Below are positions 47,738 to 58,594 of a DNA stretch of 64,000 nucleotides, in pieces. This DNA is from an uncultured Actinomycetes bacterium. GTDB taxonomy: Bacteria > Actinomycetota > UBA4738 > HRBIN12. Each line of letters begins with the position of its first letter. Position 1 is the stretch's first letter. Below the pieces are notes generated by a model. That model searched no databases, was not told the DNA's origin, and saw only the letters and a program-made list of their open reading frames with translations. The stretch lies in the NCBI GenBank assembly GCA_963704725.1, contig OY969934.1, positions 2,720,001-2,784,000 of the forward strand, read 5' to 3'. Position numbers and translations under genes: made by a program.

Positions 47738-48348
47738 GCCGGCACCTCCTCGAGGACGGTGACCCTCCGGCCGTTCACCACGACTCGCCCCTCGGCCAAC
47801 GCCCGGACCGCGGCGGGTAGGAGGCGGTGCTCGACCTCGTGGACGCGCGCCTCGAGCGCGTCCCAGTCGTCCTCCGGCAGCACCGGGATCGCCTCCTGGA
47901 ACACGATCGGTCCGTGGTCCACCTCGTCGTCGACGAAGTGGACCGTGACGCCGGTGACCGCGACGCCCCACGCCAGGGCGTCGGCCACCGACGTCGTGCC
48001 GGGGAAGGCCGGCAGCAGGGCGGGGTGGACGTTCAGCATCCGGCCCTCGAAGGCTCGGACCACGTCCGGACCGACGATCCGCATGAAGCCGGCGAGCGCG
48101 ACGAGCTCGATCCCCCGCGACGCGAGCAGCTCGACGAGGGCCCGGTCGAACGCGGCGCGGTCGCCGAACGCCGCCGGGTCCAGGAACACCGCCTCGACCC
48201 CTCGGTCTCGTGCGCGATCGAGGGCGCGGGCGTCGCCGCGATCGCTGACCACGAGCGCCACCCATCGACCCACCACCGGGTCGTCGAGCAGCGCCTGGAG
48301 GTTGGTCCCACCGCCGGACGCGAGCACGGCCAGCCGCACCTCGGCCAC
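47734..48348 (-). CDS. purN: Phosphoribosylglycinamide formyltransferase
   Basis: SGGGTNLQA, LAGFMR, NVHPALLP.FPG, TVHFVD..VDHGPI. Confidence 0.96.
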   Translation of the reverse strand: MAEVRLAVLASGGGTNLQALLDDPVVGRWVALVVSDRGDARALDRARDRGVEAVFLDPAAFGDRAAFDRALVELLASRGIELVALAGFMRIVGPDVVRAFEGRMLNVHPALLPAFPGTTSVADALAWGVAVTGVTVHFVDDEVDHGPIVFQEAIPVLPEDDWDALEARVHEVEHRLLPAAVRALAEGRVVVNGRRVTVLEEVPA

Positions 48349-48388
48349 GATCGCACGCTAGGGACGGCGCGCTCGGGCGTCAAACGCG

Positions 48389-49006
48389 GTGACGTACGCT
48401 GCGGACGTGCCGGCGGAGGAACGGACCCGGAGCGCGCAGCGGTGCAGCGTGCACGGCTCGACGCCCTCGATCGCGGCGTGCGACGCCTGCGGGCGGCCGC
48501 TGTGCCTGGCGTGCGCGATCCCGGTCCGAGGGCGCACCCTCGGCGCCGAGTGCCTGGCGACGGCTCTGGGCCCCGACGCCCCGGTGCCGGAGCCCGCCGA
48601 GCGGGAACGGGGATGGTCCGCCCGGGCCGCCGCACGGGCGGCCTTCGTCGTCGCGGTCATCGCCACCGCCCTGCCGTGGAGCCGCTTCGGGCCCGGCTCC
48701 CACCCGTTCGGCGCGTGGAGCGCCGGACCGCGGTGGTCGATGCTTCCGGCACTGGCCGCGGTGGCCGGCGTCCTGCTGGTCATCGCGCGACCGTTCGGCC
48801 GCCGCCGCGCCCGGGCGTGGGACGCGGCCGCCGTCGCCGCCGGGCTCCTCGTGGCGGGGGGCAGCGTCCTGGCCCTGACCCGGCCGCCGGCCTTCGCCGC
48901 CCCCTGGCTCGGCCCGTGGGCGGCCCTCGGCGCGGGGCTCCTCGCCTCGGGAACGTCCCTGTGGGCCCTCCGCAGGCCCTCCGACCGGCGCGGGGCGAGT
49001 GTTTGA
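48389..49006 (+). CDS. Membrane protein with N-terminal B-box-like Cys/His cluster
   Basis: C..H…C..C…C..C…C followed by about four TMs; start uncertain. Confidence 0.6.
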   Translation: MTYAADVPAEERTRSAQRCSVHGSTPSIAACDACGRPLCLACAIPVRGRTLGAECLATALGPDAPVPEPAERERGWSARAAARAAFVVAVIATALPWSRFGPGSHPFGAWSAGPRWSMLPALAAVAGVLLVIARPFGRRRARAWDAAAVAAGLLVAGGSVLALTRPPAFAAPWLGPWAALGAGLLASGTSLWALRRPSDRRGASV

Positions 49007-49076
49007 CTCCGCGAGGGGCACGGTGTTCCATAGGCCGATCACGCCGTGACGACCGACGCAGCCTGAAAGGAGCGTC

Positions 49077-49550
49077 ATGTCCCAATCAAGCGGCTTCGAC
49101 ATCTCGAAGCTGTCGACGCCGACCAAGATCCTGCTCGGCGCAGGCATCCTGTACTTCATCGACTTGTTCCTTCCCTGGCAGCGCGTGTGCATCGGGGGGT
49201 TCTGCGGTTCGGTTGGTGGGACGCACGGATTCGGAGCGTTGAACCTCATCCTGGCCCTCGCCCTGATCGTCTGGGAGGGACTCGCGTTCTCGAGCGTCAA
49301 GATCGCCGCGCCCCGAGCGCTCATCAGCGCGGGACTGGCCGCGGCGATCCTGGTCTTCACAATCCTGAAGATCCTCGTCGACAACGACTTCATCTACCTG
49401 TTCGCGTGGGTGGGGCTCATCCTGGCGCTCGCGATCGGGTACGGCGGATGGATGCGCTGGCAGGAACACCAGGCCGGCGCCGGGGCCACAGGCGGCGGCG
49501 GTGGCGGCGCGATCCCCCCGCCACCCACGGGAGGCGGCTTCACCAGCTGA
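49077..49550 (+). CDS. Hypothetical four-TM membrane protein
   Basis: AAAGGAG SD; FLPW, CIGGFC loop, Gly/Pro tail. Confidence 0.75.
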   Translation: MSQSSGFDISKLSTPTKILLGAGILYFIDLFLPWQRVCIGGFCGSVGGTHGFGALNLILALALIVWEGLAFSSVKIAAPRALISAGLAAAILVFTILKILVDNDFIYLFAWVGLILALAIGYGGWMRWQEHQAGAGATGGGGGGAIPPPPTGGGFTS

Positions 49551-49569
49551 TCCCGAAGCTCGGCATCAT

Positions 49570-49596
49570 GGAGGCCCGGCCGGCGGCCGGGCCTCC
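49570..49596. terminator. Probable bidirectional hairpin terminator
   Basis: Perfect 12-bp stem GGAGGCCCGGCC-GGC-GGCCGGGCCTCC between convergent genes. Confidence 0.65.
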
Positions 49597-49616
49597 GCTC
49601 TGCCCGGGTGCCGTCG

Positions 49617-50999
49617 TCAACGCGGAGGCATCCCCACCCCGAGCGAGCGCACCGCACGACCGATCGTCCCGGACCAGGCGACCGTCGCCCCACCCCCCGC
49701 CCCTCCAACGATCCCCCAGGCCGCCGCCACCAGCATCCCCGCCCCCACGTCGGGCCCGGCGATCACCCAGCCCGTGCGACCGGCCCCGCCGTAGCCCACC
49801 GTCACGCTCGAGAGCACCGCGACCGCCCCGACGAGCGCCGCGAAGACCACGCCGGCGCTCGCTCCAGCGAGGCAGGCCCGGCGGATCGGACCGCCCACAC
49901 GCGCTGCGGCCCGTCGCCCGCCGAGCACGCTCGCCACGCCGGGGGCGAGCAGGAAGAGCAGGTACGCGGGGGGCGCGGTGCCGAACCCGATCTGCCCCAG
50001 CGGGACCGGGACGACCTCGTCGCCGTTGATCGGCTGTGGCGTCGTGGTCACCTCGAGGGGGAACCGCCCGTAGCACAGGACGTTCTCGCTCGCGTCGCCG
50101 TGGACGCCGTCGCACGCGCCCATGGCCGGGACGAGCGTCCACAGGGCCTCGTCCGGCAGGAGCGCCAGATGGTGGGCCAACAGGACGAGACCCCGGGCCG
50201 GCCGGTCGAACACGCCACGGACGTATCGCGCGGTCGTGGGCGTGAGCAGCGCGGCCGGCCCGTCGGGCTGGACGACGCCGGCGAGGAACAGCCCCACGAG
50301 GGACAGCACGGCCCCGACCACGAGCATGCGCCACCCACCCGCGACCGCAGCCTCCACCCGCGCCATCGCCGGGTCGAGGGATGCGCGGGAGGCCAGGGCC
50401 GATCGGAGCCCTCCCGCGGCCCCCGCGGCCGCCGCGATCGCCAGCGGGAACGCGAGGGCCTGCCAGGTCGACAGGCTCACGTGCACCTCGCCCAGCCCGA
50501 CGGACCGCAACGTCGTCCGGACGTCGACGAGGACGGCCACGGCGAAGACGGGGATCGCGTACGACGGCGCCACCCACATGCCGCGGAGCACCCGGACACC
50601 GCGGCCGCCGCCTCCCCGGTCGGCGAGGGCGCGACCCGCCCGGTAGAGCAGCCAGACCGCGACGGCGGTGACCGACAGAAGCGCGACGCCGACGGAGAGC
50701 GATGCCGCCCCGACGGCCGTCGCCGCTTCGGAGGTCCGCGGGATCTCGAACTCGATCGCGACGTGGTGGAACGCGCCGAGGTAGATCGCGCCGATGCGGG
50801 CGAACGCGCCGAACGACGAGCCGCGCCCCCCGACCGACCACACCGCGAGCGCGAGGCCCTGTCCGATCGCGGCCATCGCCAGGAAGGCGAGGAACCCCGG
50901 CGTGAGCCGGCGCCGCCATCCTTCCAGGAGCCTTCGCCTTCCGCCGCGAGCGGGGGCGCCGCCGGCCTCGCGGTCCGGGACGGGCCCCGCGGCGGTCAC
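49617..50999 (-). CDS. Polytopic membrane protein (PerM/DUF6350-like by position)
   Basis: Many TMs; GTGA overlap with sucD; lies between sucD and purN as in many actinobacteria. Confidence 0.65.
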   Translation of the reverse strand: MTAAGPVPDREAGGAPARGGRRRLLEGWRRRLTPGFLAFLAMAAIGQGLALAVWSVGGRGSSFGAFARIGAIYLGAFHHVAIEFEIPRTSEAATAVGAASLSVGVALLSVTAVAVWLLYRAGRALADRGGGGRGVRVLRGMWVAPSYAIPVFAVAVLVDVRTTLRSVGLGEVHVSLSTWQALAFPLAIAAAAGAAGGLRSALASRASLDPAMARVEAAVAGGWRMLVVGAVLSLVGLFLAGVVQPDGPAALLTPTTARYVRGVFDRPARGLVLLAHHLALLPDEALWTLVPAMGACDGVHGDASENVLCYGRFPLEVTTTPQPINGDEVVPVPLGQIGFGTAPPAYLLFLLAPGVASVLGGRRAAARVGGPIRRACLAGASAGVVFAALVGAVAVLSSVTVGYGGAGRTGWVIAGPDVGAGMLVAAAWGIVGGAGGGATVAWSGTIGRAVRSLGVGMPPR

Positions 51000-51865
51000 G
51001 ACACGGCGGCCTGGACGAGCTCGGCGACCTCGGTTGGTGTCCGGCCGACCCGGACGCCCGCGGCTTCGAGCGCGTCGGCCTTGGCCTGAGCCGTGCCGCT
51101 CGAGCCCGTGATGATCGCGCCGGCGTGCCCCATGCGCTTGCCCGGGGGCGCGGTGAAGCCGGCGATATACCCGACCACGGGCTTCGTCATCCGATCCCGG
51201 ACGAAGGCGGCGGCGCGCTCCTCGTCGTCCCCTCCGATCTCGCCGATCAGCACGACGAGGTCCGTCCCGTCGTCGGCCTCGAAGCGCTCGAGCGACTCGA
51301 TGAACCCCACACCGTGGACCGGGTCGCCGCCCATGCCGACGCACGTCGACTGCCCGATCCCCCGCTGCGTGAGCTCGTGCACGATCTGGTACGTGAGGGT
51401 GCCGGAGCGGCTTACCAGCCCCACGCGACCGGGGGCGCAGATCTCGCCGGGGATGATGCCGACGTTCGTGACGCCCGGCGAGATCACGCCGGGGCAGTTC
51501 GGGCCGACGAGCGCGGCGCTCCGGGCGCGCAGGTACGCGCCCACCTGGGCCATGTCTCGGACGGGGATCCCCTCGGTGATGCACACGATCAGGTCGACGT
51601 GGGCGTCCGCCGCCTCGTAGATCGCCTCGGCCGCGAAGCGGGCAGGGACGAAGATCAGCGAGGTGTTGGCGCCCGTCTCCTCGACGGCGTCGGCGACGGT
51701 GTCGAACACGGGGATCCCGTCCACGTCGCGGCCGCCCTTGCCGGGGGTCACGCCGGCCACGACCTTCGTCCCGTACGCGCGGTTGCGCAGCGTGTGGAAC
51801 GTCCCCTCCGAGCCGGTGATTCCGGCGACGACGACCTTGGTGCCCTCGTCGACGAGGATCGACAC
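50996..51865 (-). CDS. sucD: Succinyl-CoA synthetase alpha subunit
   Basis: [33 protein letters not shown]. Confidence 0.97.
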   Translation of the reverse strand: MSILVDEGTKVVVAGITGSEGTFHTLRNRAYGTKVVAGVTPGKGGRDVDGIPVFDTVADAVEETGANTSLIFVPARFAAEAIYEAADAHVDLIVCITEGIPVRDMAQVGAYLRARSAALVGPNCPGVISPGVTNVGIIPGEICAPGRVGLVSRSGTLTYQIVHELTQRGIGQSTCVGMGGDPVHGVGFIESLERFEADDGTDLVVLIGEIGGDDEERAAAFVRDRMTKPVVGYIAGFTAPPGKRMGHAGAIITGSSGTAQAKADALEAAGVRVGRTPTEVAELVQAAVS

Positions 51866-53011
51866 CTACACCGCCTCCGTATGCGCGAGGTCCGCCGCGC
51901 GCTGCGCCGCCTCGAGCATCGTCGGCGCCGAGACGATCCGGGGGTGATCGGCCGCCGCCAGGATGGCCCGCCCCTCGTCCGCGTTCGTGCCGTCCAGGCG
52001 GACGACGATCGGCACCCGGGGGGTGGCGCGGGACAGCGCCTCGAGCACGCCCTTGGCCACGAGGTCGCAGCGGGTGATCCCGCCGAAGATGTTGATGAGG
52101 ACGCTCTTCACGCTGGGATCCGACAGGATCACCTCGAGCGAGGTGGCGATGAGGTCGGCCCGCGCGCCGCCCCCGACGTCGAGGAAGTTGGCGGCCCGGG
52201 CGCCGGCCCGCTGCACCACGTCGAGCGTCGACATCACGAGGCCGGCGCCGTTGCCGATGATGCCGACCTCTCCCTCCAGCTTCACGTACTGCAACCCCGC
52301 GTCCCGCGCCCGGCGCTCGACCGGGTCGATGGGGAACGTGTCCCGCATGGCGGCGATCTCGGTCTGGCGGTAGAGCGCGTTGTCGTCGACGGTGACCTTG
52401 GCGTCGAGCGCCATGATCGTGCCGTCGGTGAGCCGCACGAAGGGGTTGACCTCGACGAGCGTGGCGTCGACGTCGGCCAGGACGTTGTACATCTTGCGGA
52501 GCAGGTCGGCCGAGCCCTCGCGGGAGGACGGCGGCAGGTGGCCGACCAGCCGGCGGGCCTGGTACGGCCGGAGGCCGATCACGGGGTCCACGTGCAGGCG
52601 TCGGATCGCGTCGGGGTTCTCCCTGGCCACGGTCTCGATCTCCACACCCCCGTCGTTGGAGACGATCGCGAGGTACGTGCCGGCGCTGCGATCGAGGGAC
52701 ATCGCGGCGTAGTACTGCGCCTCGATGTCGACCAGCCGCTCGACGAGGACGCGCACGACCCTCATCCCCTTGAAACCCTCGTCGAACATCCGCCGGGCCG
52801 CCTCCGCAGCCTCGTGGGGGGAGTGCACGAGGACCACGCCGCCACCCTTGCCGCGGCCGCCCGCCTGGACCTGCACCTTGACCGCGGCGTGGCCGCCGAG
52901 CCGCTCGGTGGCCTCCGCGGCGTGCTGCGGCGTCGTCGCGACCTCGCGCTCGGCCAGGGGGACCCCGTGCCGAGCGAAGAGGTCCTTGCCCTGGTGCTCG
53001 AACAGATCCAC
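51866..53011 (-). CDS. sucC: Succinyl-CoA synthetase beta subunit
   Basis: DLFEHQGK, GGRGKGGGV, GNGAGL, NFLDVGGG, NIFGGITRCD. Confidence 0.97.
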   Translation of the reverse strand: MDLFEHQGKDLFARHGVPLAEREVATTPQHAAEATERLGGHAAVKVQVQAGGRGKGGGVVLVHSPHEAAEAARRMFDEGFKGMRVVRVLVERLVDIEAQYYAAMSLDRSAGTYLAIVSNDGGVEIETVARENPDAIRRLHVDPVIGLRPYQARRLVGHLPPSSREGSADLLRKMYNVLADVDATLVEVNPFVRLTDGTIMALDAKVTVDDNALYRQTEIAAMRDTFPIDPVERRARDAGLQYVKLEGEVGIIGNGAGLVMSTLDVVQRAGARAANFLDVGGGARADLIATSLEVILSDPSVKSVLINIFGGITRCDLVAKGVLEALSRATPRVPIVVRLDGTNADEGRAILAAADHPRIVSAPTMLEAAQRAADLAHTEAV

Positions 53012-53418
53012 TAGCTGGCCTGCTTCTCCGCGAGTCGATCGTTCAGCCAGCCGACGATCTCGCCGGTCGAGGCCCCCGGCGTGAAGATGCGCTCGACCCC
53101 CGCCTCGGCGAGCTTGGGGATGTCGTCGCGGGGGATGATGCCCCCCCCGAACACGAGCACGTCCCCCGCCCCGCGATCGCGAAGGAGCGCCACCACCCGG
53201 GGGAACAGCGTCATGTGCGCCCCCGAGTGGCACGACAGGCCGACCGCGTCCGCATCCTCTTGGATCGCCGCCTCCGCGATCTGCTCGGGCGTCTGGTGCA
53301 GACCCGTGTAGATCACCTCGAAGCCGGCATCCCGAAGGGCGCGGGCCACGACCTTCGCCCCGCGGTCGTGACCGTCGAGGCCCGGCTTGGCGACGATGAT
53401 GCGGCGCTTCGCGGACAT
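53011..53418 (-). CDS. Methylmalonyl-CoA mutase small (cobalamin-binding) subunit
   Basis: [13 protein letters not shown] (DxHxxG), GGIIP, FTPG. Confidence 0.93.
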   Translation of the reverse strand: MSAKRRIIVAKPGLDGHDRGAKVVARALRDAGFEVIYTGLHQTPEQIAEAAIQEDADAVGLSCHSGAHMTLFPRVVALLRDRGAGDVLVFGGGIIPRDDIPKLAEAGVERIFTPGASTGEIVGWLNDRLAEKQAS

Positions 53419-53493
53419 GCGCGCCAAGTCTAGCGACGGCCCGACCGACCGGGAGGACCGGAGATCGGCCGGGCCGTTCCTATACTCGACCCG

Positions 53494-53655
53494 ATGCCGA
53501 AGCGGATCCGGTTCCGTCCGCCGGGCCTGAAGCCGACCACCAAGGTCGGCACGCTCGGACCGTACCGCGGCCGCCTCGGCCTGGGCTGGGTGATCGCGCC
53601 CCTGGTGGCCGGCGTCCTCATCGTGGTCGCCGGGATCCTGGTGCTCCTGCGGTGA
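53494..53655 (+). CDS. Small single-pass membrane protein (53 aa), absent from the ORF track
   Basis: TATACT-7 nt-ATG; [53 protein letters not shown]; GTGA overlap with next gene. Confidence 0.7.
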   Translation: MPKRIRFRPPGLKPTTKVGTLGPYRGRLGLGWVIAPLVAGVLIVVAGILVLLR

Positions 53656-55115
53656 CCCTGGAGGCCTACTGCTGGCCGCTCTCCGTCGGGCCGGGCGAGC
53701 CGGCGGGGCTCCACGTCTCGACCGACGCCGGGGTCGTCGACGTGGAGGTCGCCCGCGAGGGCGCCGAACGGAGGGCGGCCTGGCGGGCGAGCGGCGTCCC
53801 CGCCGGCCTCCACGACACGCCTCCCGACGCCTCGGCCCGGGGTTGCGGCTGGCCCGCCGCGACCCGGATCCCCGTCGGTGACGGGTGGCGCTCCGGGTAC
53901 TACGCCGTCACGGTCACGGCCGGCGACGAGCGAGCCGACGCGTTCCTCGTCGTCCGGCCGCCGCCCGGCGAGCGCGCGCCGATCCTGCTCGTGCTGTCCA
54001 CGACGACGTACCACGCGTACAACGACTGGGGCGGCCCGTCCCTGTACACGGGGGGCACCCGCGTCTCGTTCGAGCGCCCCATGGCCGGGGGGTTCCTCGT
54101 CAAGCCCGAGCCGGCCGGCCGCATGATGCAATCCGCGCCCGATCGCGAGGCGATGGGCTACCGCCGCTGGGCCCGGCCGCTCGGCCTGTCGGATTGGAGC
54201 GGATCGTCCGGGTGGTGGAACTGGGAGCGACCCTTCACCCGGTGGGCCGAATCCAACGGCTACACGCTCGACGTCGCCGTGAGCTGGGACCTGGAACGCC
54301 ATCCGGAGATCGTCGACGGCCATCGCCTCTTCGTGTGCGTCGGCCACGACGAGTACTGGTCGTGGGGGATGCGCGACGCGCTCGACGCGTTCGTGGGGGA
54401 CGGGGGCAACGCCGCCATCTTGAGCGGCAACACGTGCTGCTGGCAGGTTCGGTTCGAGGACGAGCACCGGGCCATGACGAGCTACAAGTACCTGGCCGGG
54501 CACGACCCCGTGCTCGGCACCCCCGACGAGCACACACTCACCGGCTCGTGGTCCGATCGACGGGTCGGTCGCCCCGAGACGTCGACGTTCGGACTGACGT
54601 TCACCCGGGGCGGCTACTCGCGCTACGGGCTCGGCGCGCCGGAGAGCGCGGCCGCCTACGTGGTCCACCGCCCCGAGCACTGGGCCTTCGCCGGGACCGG
54701 GCTGGAGCCGGGCCAAGAGTTCGGGCGCGCCGACGCCATCGTGGCGTACGAGTGCGACGGCTGCGCCCTCCGCACGGACCCGCACGGGTTCCCCGTCCCG
54801 ACGCACGCCGACGGCGCGCCGGTGGGCCTCGAGATCCTGGCCACGGCGCCGGCGCACCTGTGGGCGCAGCACGAGCAGCCGTCGCGCTACGTCGCGGACC
54901 CGGGTGACCTCGAGACCGCGGCGGAGGCCGTGTTCGGCGACACCGATCCCGAGCACCTCGCCGAGCTCTCGGACGGCCGGGCCGTCTTCGCGGTCTTCTC
55001 CAGGCCCGGCGGCGGCACCGTGGTGAACGCCGGCGTCACCGACTGGGCGCTCGGACTCGCCGACCCCGTCGTGGACCGGATCACGCGCAACGTTCTCGAC
55101 CGCCTGTCGACGTGA
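53652..55115 (+). CDS. N,N-dimethylformamidase beta-subunit-like protein
   Basis: TY.AYN.WGG.SLY, VSF.RP, GHDEYWS, SGN…W.VR, GG.V.NAG. Confidence 0.8.
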   Translation: MTLEAYCWPLSVGPGEPAGLHVSTDAGVVDVEVAREGAERRAAWRASGVPAGLHDTPPDASARGCGWPAATRIPVGDGWRSGYYAVTVTAGDERADAFLVVRPPPGERAPILLVLSTTTYHAYNDWGGPSLYTGGTRVSFERPMAGGFLVKPEPAGRMMQSAPDREAMGYRRWARPLGLSDWSGSSGWWNWERPFTRWAESNGYTLDVAVSWDLERHPEIVDGHRLFVCVGHDEYWSWGMRDALDAFVGDGGNAAILSGNTCCWQVRFEDEHRAMTSYKYLAGHDPVLGTPDEHTLTGSWSDRRVGRPETSTFGLTFTRGGYSRYGLGAPESAAAYVVHRPEHWAFAGTGLEPGQEFGRADAIVAYECDGCALRTDPHGFPVPTHADGAPVGLEILATAPAHLWAQHEQPSRYVADPGDLETAAEAVFGDTDPEHLAELSDGRAVFAVFSRPGGGTVVNAGVTDWALGLADPVVDRITRNVLDRLST

Positions 55116-55168
55116 GTCCCGTCGGCCTCCTGCGTACGATCGCTCATCGCCCGGAGGGAGGCACCGTC

Positions 55169-55648
55169 ATGCGCTGGGAGGAGTTCGAGGTCGCCTGCCC
55201 GGAGATCGGCTCGGTGGCGAGGGAGCGGCTCACGAAGGACCAGCTCGTGCTGGTGGGGACCATCCGGCGCGATGGCTCGCCCAGGATCAGTCCCAACGAG
55301 TGCGACTTCGCGCAGGGCCGGCTGTTCGTGAGCATGATGTGGCGGTCGAAGAAGGCGCTCGACCTGCTCCGTGACCCCCGCGTCGCGGTTCACAGCATGA
55401 CGTGCGACACGTCGGGCACCGAGGGGGACGTGAAGCTGTACGGCCACATCGTCGACGAGCAGGACCCCGCCCTGCGTGCGGCGTTCCGCGAGGCGATCCG
55501 CGCACGGACCGACTGGGCACCCGACGAGCCCGAGTACCACTGCTTCTCGGTGGACGTCGCGTCCGCGGGCTACACGAAGTTCGGTCCGGGCGGCGGCGCG
55601 CTGGCTTGGGACCCCGTGCGCGGCCTGCGCCGCATCGAGCTCCACTGA
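55169..55648 (+). CDS. Pyridoxamine 5'-phosphate oxidase-like split-barrel protein
   Basis: GGAGG SD; GTIRRDGSPRISP, K..DL.RDPRVA.H. Confidence 0.85.
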   Translation: MRWEEFEVACPEIGSVARERLTKDQLVLVGTIRRDGSPRISPNECDFAQGRLFVSMMWRSKKALDLLRDPRVAVHSMTCDTSGTEGDVKLYGHIVDEQDPALRAAFREAIRARTDWAPDEPEYHCFSVDVASAGYTKFGPGGGALAWDPVRGLRRIELH

Positions 55649-55798
55649 GGCGCGCCGGCCGCGAGGGGCGAACGTAGATCCCCCACCCATCGTGGGGTAG
55701 AGGCCCTACGGTGGATCGGGCATCCTCTCCCGGCTCCCGCCCGTCATCCTTCCGGTGAGGCAGGCGGGGGGCTGCCTCGCAGGGGGAGGGATGCGGGG

Positions 55799-56848
55799 GT
55801 GGCGAAGCCTGAGCCCCGGCATACGCGGGTCGTGCTCGTGGGTGCCGGACGACGGGCCAGGGACACGATCCTGCCCGCCATACACGCCTGTGCGCCGCAC
55901 GTCGAGGTGACGGCCGTGTGTGCGCGCTCGGTGCGGGAGATCGAGCTCCTGGGCGGGCGAGTCCGAACGACCACCTCGCTCCTGCCCGAGACCGACGTGT
56001 CGAACACCGACGCCGTCGTCGTCTCGGTGGGGGCCGAAAGCGTCGAGGCCGTCCTCGGCGAGCTCGCCGCGCGGGAAGAGGCAGGAACGCTCACCCTCAT
56101 GCTCGACACGCCGGTGCTGGAGCCCGCCCACCTGCGTGCCGCCGCGACGTTCCCAAGGTTCCGGGCGGTGCTCGCTTCGGAGGACACCTACTGCCTGCCG
56201 CTCTACGTGCTGGTGCGGCGCCTCGTGGACGAGGGGAGGATCGGGCGCTTGCGCCGGGTCTACCTGTTCCACAGTGGCTACCGGCATCACGCCCTCGCCG
56301 GGTTGAAGAGACTCACCGGGGTGCGACCCCGGCGTGTCTCGGTCGACCGGGCCAACCGGTGGTGCGCGGACGTCCACGTGACCTTCCCCGGCGGGGTGCG
56401 CGCTCAGATCGTCGAGCCCCGCCGCTACGAGATCGGGCGCGCCATGATCGTCGGGGAGACGGGGTTCGTCGCCGATTACCCGGTCGAGCACCCCCGAGCC
56501 GTCCGGGTCGGCTACCGAACCGTGAAGGGCCGGTTCCGCGGCCTCACCGTGGACGACGAGCCCGTCCCATCTCCCCTGGACGAGGCCTACTCGTCGGCCC
56601 TCGACGGCGTGCCGCTCGAGGACGACTCCCTCATGAACCAGATGAAGATCCGGGGCGCCATGGACCTCCTGCGGGGGCTGGGGGATCCCGGCTCACCCGA
56701 CCGCTACCCCGCCGTCGAGGCGATCGAGGACAACCTGGCGATGCACTTCGCGGAGCGGCTGCGGGTCGCCCCGGCGCGCGGGTCGATGCTCCGGTCCGCC
56801 GGCCGGCTCGCCGCCCCGTTCGTGCGCGGCGGGGGCGAGCCGGCGTGA
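55799..56848 (+). CDS. Divergent Gfo/Idh/MocA-like oxidoreductase
   Basis: Rossmann-like VVLVGAGRRA, DTP in place of EKP, G.IG.L. Confidence 0.6.
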   Translation: MAKPEPRHTRVVLVGAGRRARDTILPAIHACAPHVEVTAVCARSVREIELLGGRVRTTTSLLPETDVSNTDAVVVSVGAESVEAVLGELAAREEAGTLTLMLDTPVLEPAHLRAAATFPRFRAVLASEDTYCLPLYVLVRRLVDEGRIGRLRRVYLFHSGYRHHALAGLKRLTGVRPRRVSVDRANRWCADVHVTFPGGVRAQIVEPRRYEIGRAMIVGETGFVADYPVEHPRAVRVGYRTVKGRFRGLTVDDEPVPSPLDEAYSSALDGVPLEDDSLMNQMKIRGAMDLLRGLGDPGSPDRYPAVEAIEDNLAMHFAERLRVAPARGSMLRSAGRLAAPFVRGGGEPA

Positions 56849-58437
56849 CGGCCGAGGCCGTTCCGGCCCGGTCCCTCGAGACCACGGCCGCCGGCACCGT
56901 GCCCTCCGGGTTCGTCGACGCCCGGACGCTCGAGGACGGGCTCGAGATCGCCGCGGACGTGTGCGTGGTCGGTTCGGGCGCGGCCGGGACCACCCTCGCG
57001 CTCCGCCTCCGGGAGCGGGGGCGCGCCGTGCTGCTCCTGGAATCGGGCGGGTTCCGGCCGGATCCGGTGACGTCGTCGATGACCGACGTCGACGCGCCGA
57101 TGCTGCCGATCGGTCCGGAGTCCCGGCAGCGGTTCCTCGGCGGCACGACGAACACCTGGTGGGGCGGGGCGGCGATGCTCGAGGACATCGACTTCGCTCC
57201 GCGATCGTGGGTCGGCGCGACCGGCTGGCCGATCGACCGAGCCGAGCTGCTCCCCCACTACGCGGAGGGCTGCCGGATCCTGGGCGTTCCGGACCTCACC
57301 ACCACGCCGCTCGAGCGGTTCGAGGGCGGCCGGGGATTCCTCGTGCGCACCCCCGAGCTCGACACCGTGACGCTGTACTGGCCGCGTCACCCTCGCCGGT
57401 TCCGGCAGCTGTTGATGCCGGCCGTGCGCGCGGGACGGGGCATCGAGTCGCTCCTGTTCGCGAACGTGACGCGGGTCGTGGCGACCCCTTCGGGAACGGC
57501 CGTCGACCATCTGGAGGTCGGGACGATCAACGGCCGCCGGCTCCGCGTCCGCCCGAGGGCCGTCGTGCTCGCGTGCGGGGGGATCGAGAACGCCAGGCTC
57601 CTCCTCGCCTCCCGGCTCCCCGGCCCTGCGAGCCGGGACGCCGTGGGCCGGTACTACATGGACCACGCGAAGGGCGTCGTCGGCGAGATCCGGATCGACC
57701 CCGGCGTCCGCCGCCTGATCCACCCGGCGTACTGGGACGCACGGCCCGGGCGCTTCCGGCTCGGCATCCGGCTGTCGGACGAGCGCCAGCGGCGGGAGGA
57801 GCTGCTCGACTCGTACGTGCGCTTCCACCCGGTGCTCGAGGGTGCCGGGACCGGGGCCGCGGCCCTCCGCGAGCTCCGCCGTCACCGTCTCGGGGCGCTG
57901 CGGAACCCCCGGGTCCTCGGCGGCCTCGTCGGCGGGCTCCCCGAGATCGTCGCGCTGGGCGTGTTCAAGACCCTGAACGTGGGACGGGTCCGCGCCGTCG
58001 AGATCCACACGTTCATGGAGCTGGAGCCGAGGCCCGAGAACCGGGTGGTCCTGTCGGATCGGACGGACCCGTTCGGCATGCCGCTGGCCCGGGTGCACTG
58101 GACGGTCGGGGACCTCGACCGGCGCACGGTCCGGCGCCTCCACTCGGCCCTGGACGAGGACTTGCGGCGGCGGGGCTTCGGGTCGGTGTCGAGCCCCTTG
58201 CTCCCGGCGGAGGACGGGCCCTGGCCCATCGCCCGCGACGCCTCGCATCACACCGGCACCACGCGGATGGGCGCAGACCCCACGACGTCGGTGGTCGACC
58301 GGGACTGCCGCGTCCACGGCATCGAGAACCTGTACGTCGCCGGGAGCTCGGTGTTCCCCACCAGCGGCTACGCGAACCCGACGCTCACGATCGTCGCCCT
58401 GGCGCTGCGCCTGGGCGACCACCTCCGCACAGGCTGA
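56845..58437 (+). CDS. GMC family FAD oxidoreductase
   Basis: VVGSGAAG, LGGTTN.WGG, GGIENARLL, HHTGTTRMG, NLYVAGSSVFPT…NPTLT. Confidence 0.9.
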   Translation: MTAEAVPARSLETTAAGTVPSGFVDARTLEDGLEIAADVCVVGSGAAGTTLALRLRERGRAVLLLESGGFRPDPVTSSMTDVDAPMLPIGPESRQRFLGGTTNTWWGGAAMLEDIDFAPRSWVGATGWPIDRAELLPHYAEGCRILGVPDLTTTPLERFEGGRGFLVRTPELDTVTLYWPRHPRRFRQLLMPAVRAGRGIESLLFANVTRVVATPSGTAVDHLEVGTINGRRLRVRPRAVVLACGGIENARLLLASRLPGPASRDAVGRYYMDHAKGVVGEIRIDPGVRRLIHPAYWDARPGRFRLGIRLSDERQRREELLDSYVRFHPVLEGAGTGAAALRELRRHRLGALRNPRVLGGLVGGLPEIVALGVFKTLNVGRVRAVEIHTFMELEPRPENRVVLSDRTDPFGMPLARVHWTVGDLDRRTVRRLHSALDEDLRRRGFGSVSSPLLPAEDGPWPIARDASHHTGTTRMGADPTTSVVDRDCRVHGIENLYVAGSSVFPTSGYANPTLTIVALALRLGDHLRTG

Positions 58438-58594
58438 CCGGTCGGGCGGTCCTGGGAGCGGCACGCCGGATGCCGTACGAAGGGTACGCCGGACGGGTCA
58501 TCCCCGGGTGGCGGACCTCGGGCATCCTTGGCCCTCGGCGCCCGCGCGGGCCGCCGGGCACGTCGCGACGACCTCAGCAGGGAGCGGATTTCAC

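Noticed and set aside
48349-48388. ZMP/ZTP riboswitch upstream of purN-purH
   Set aside because: Only 40 nt of intergenic space and a leaderless -10 element directly before purN
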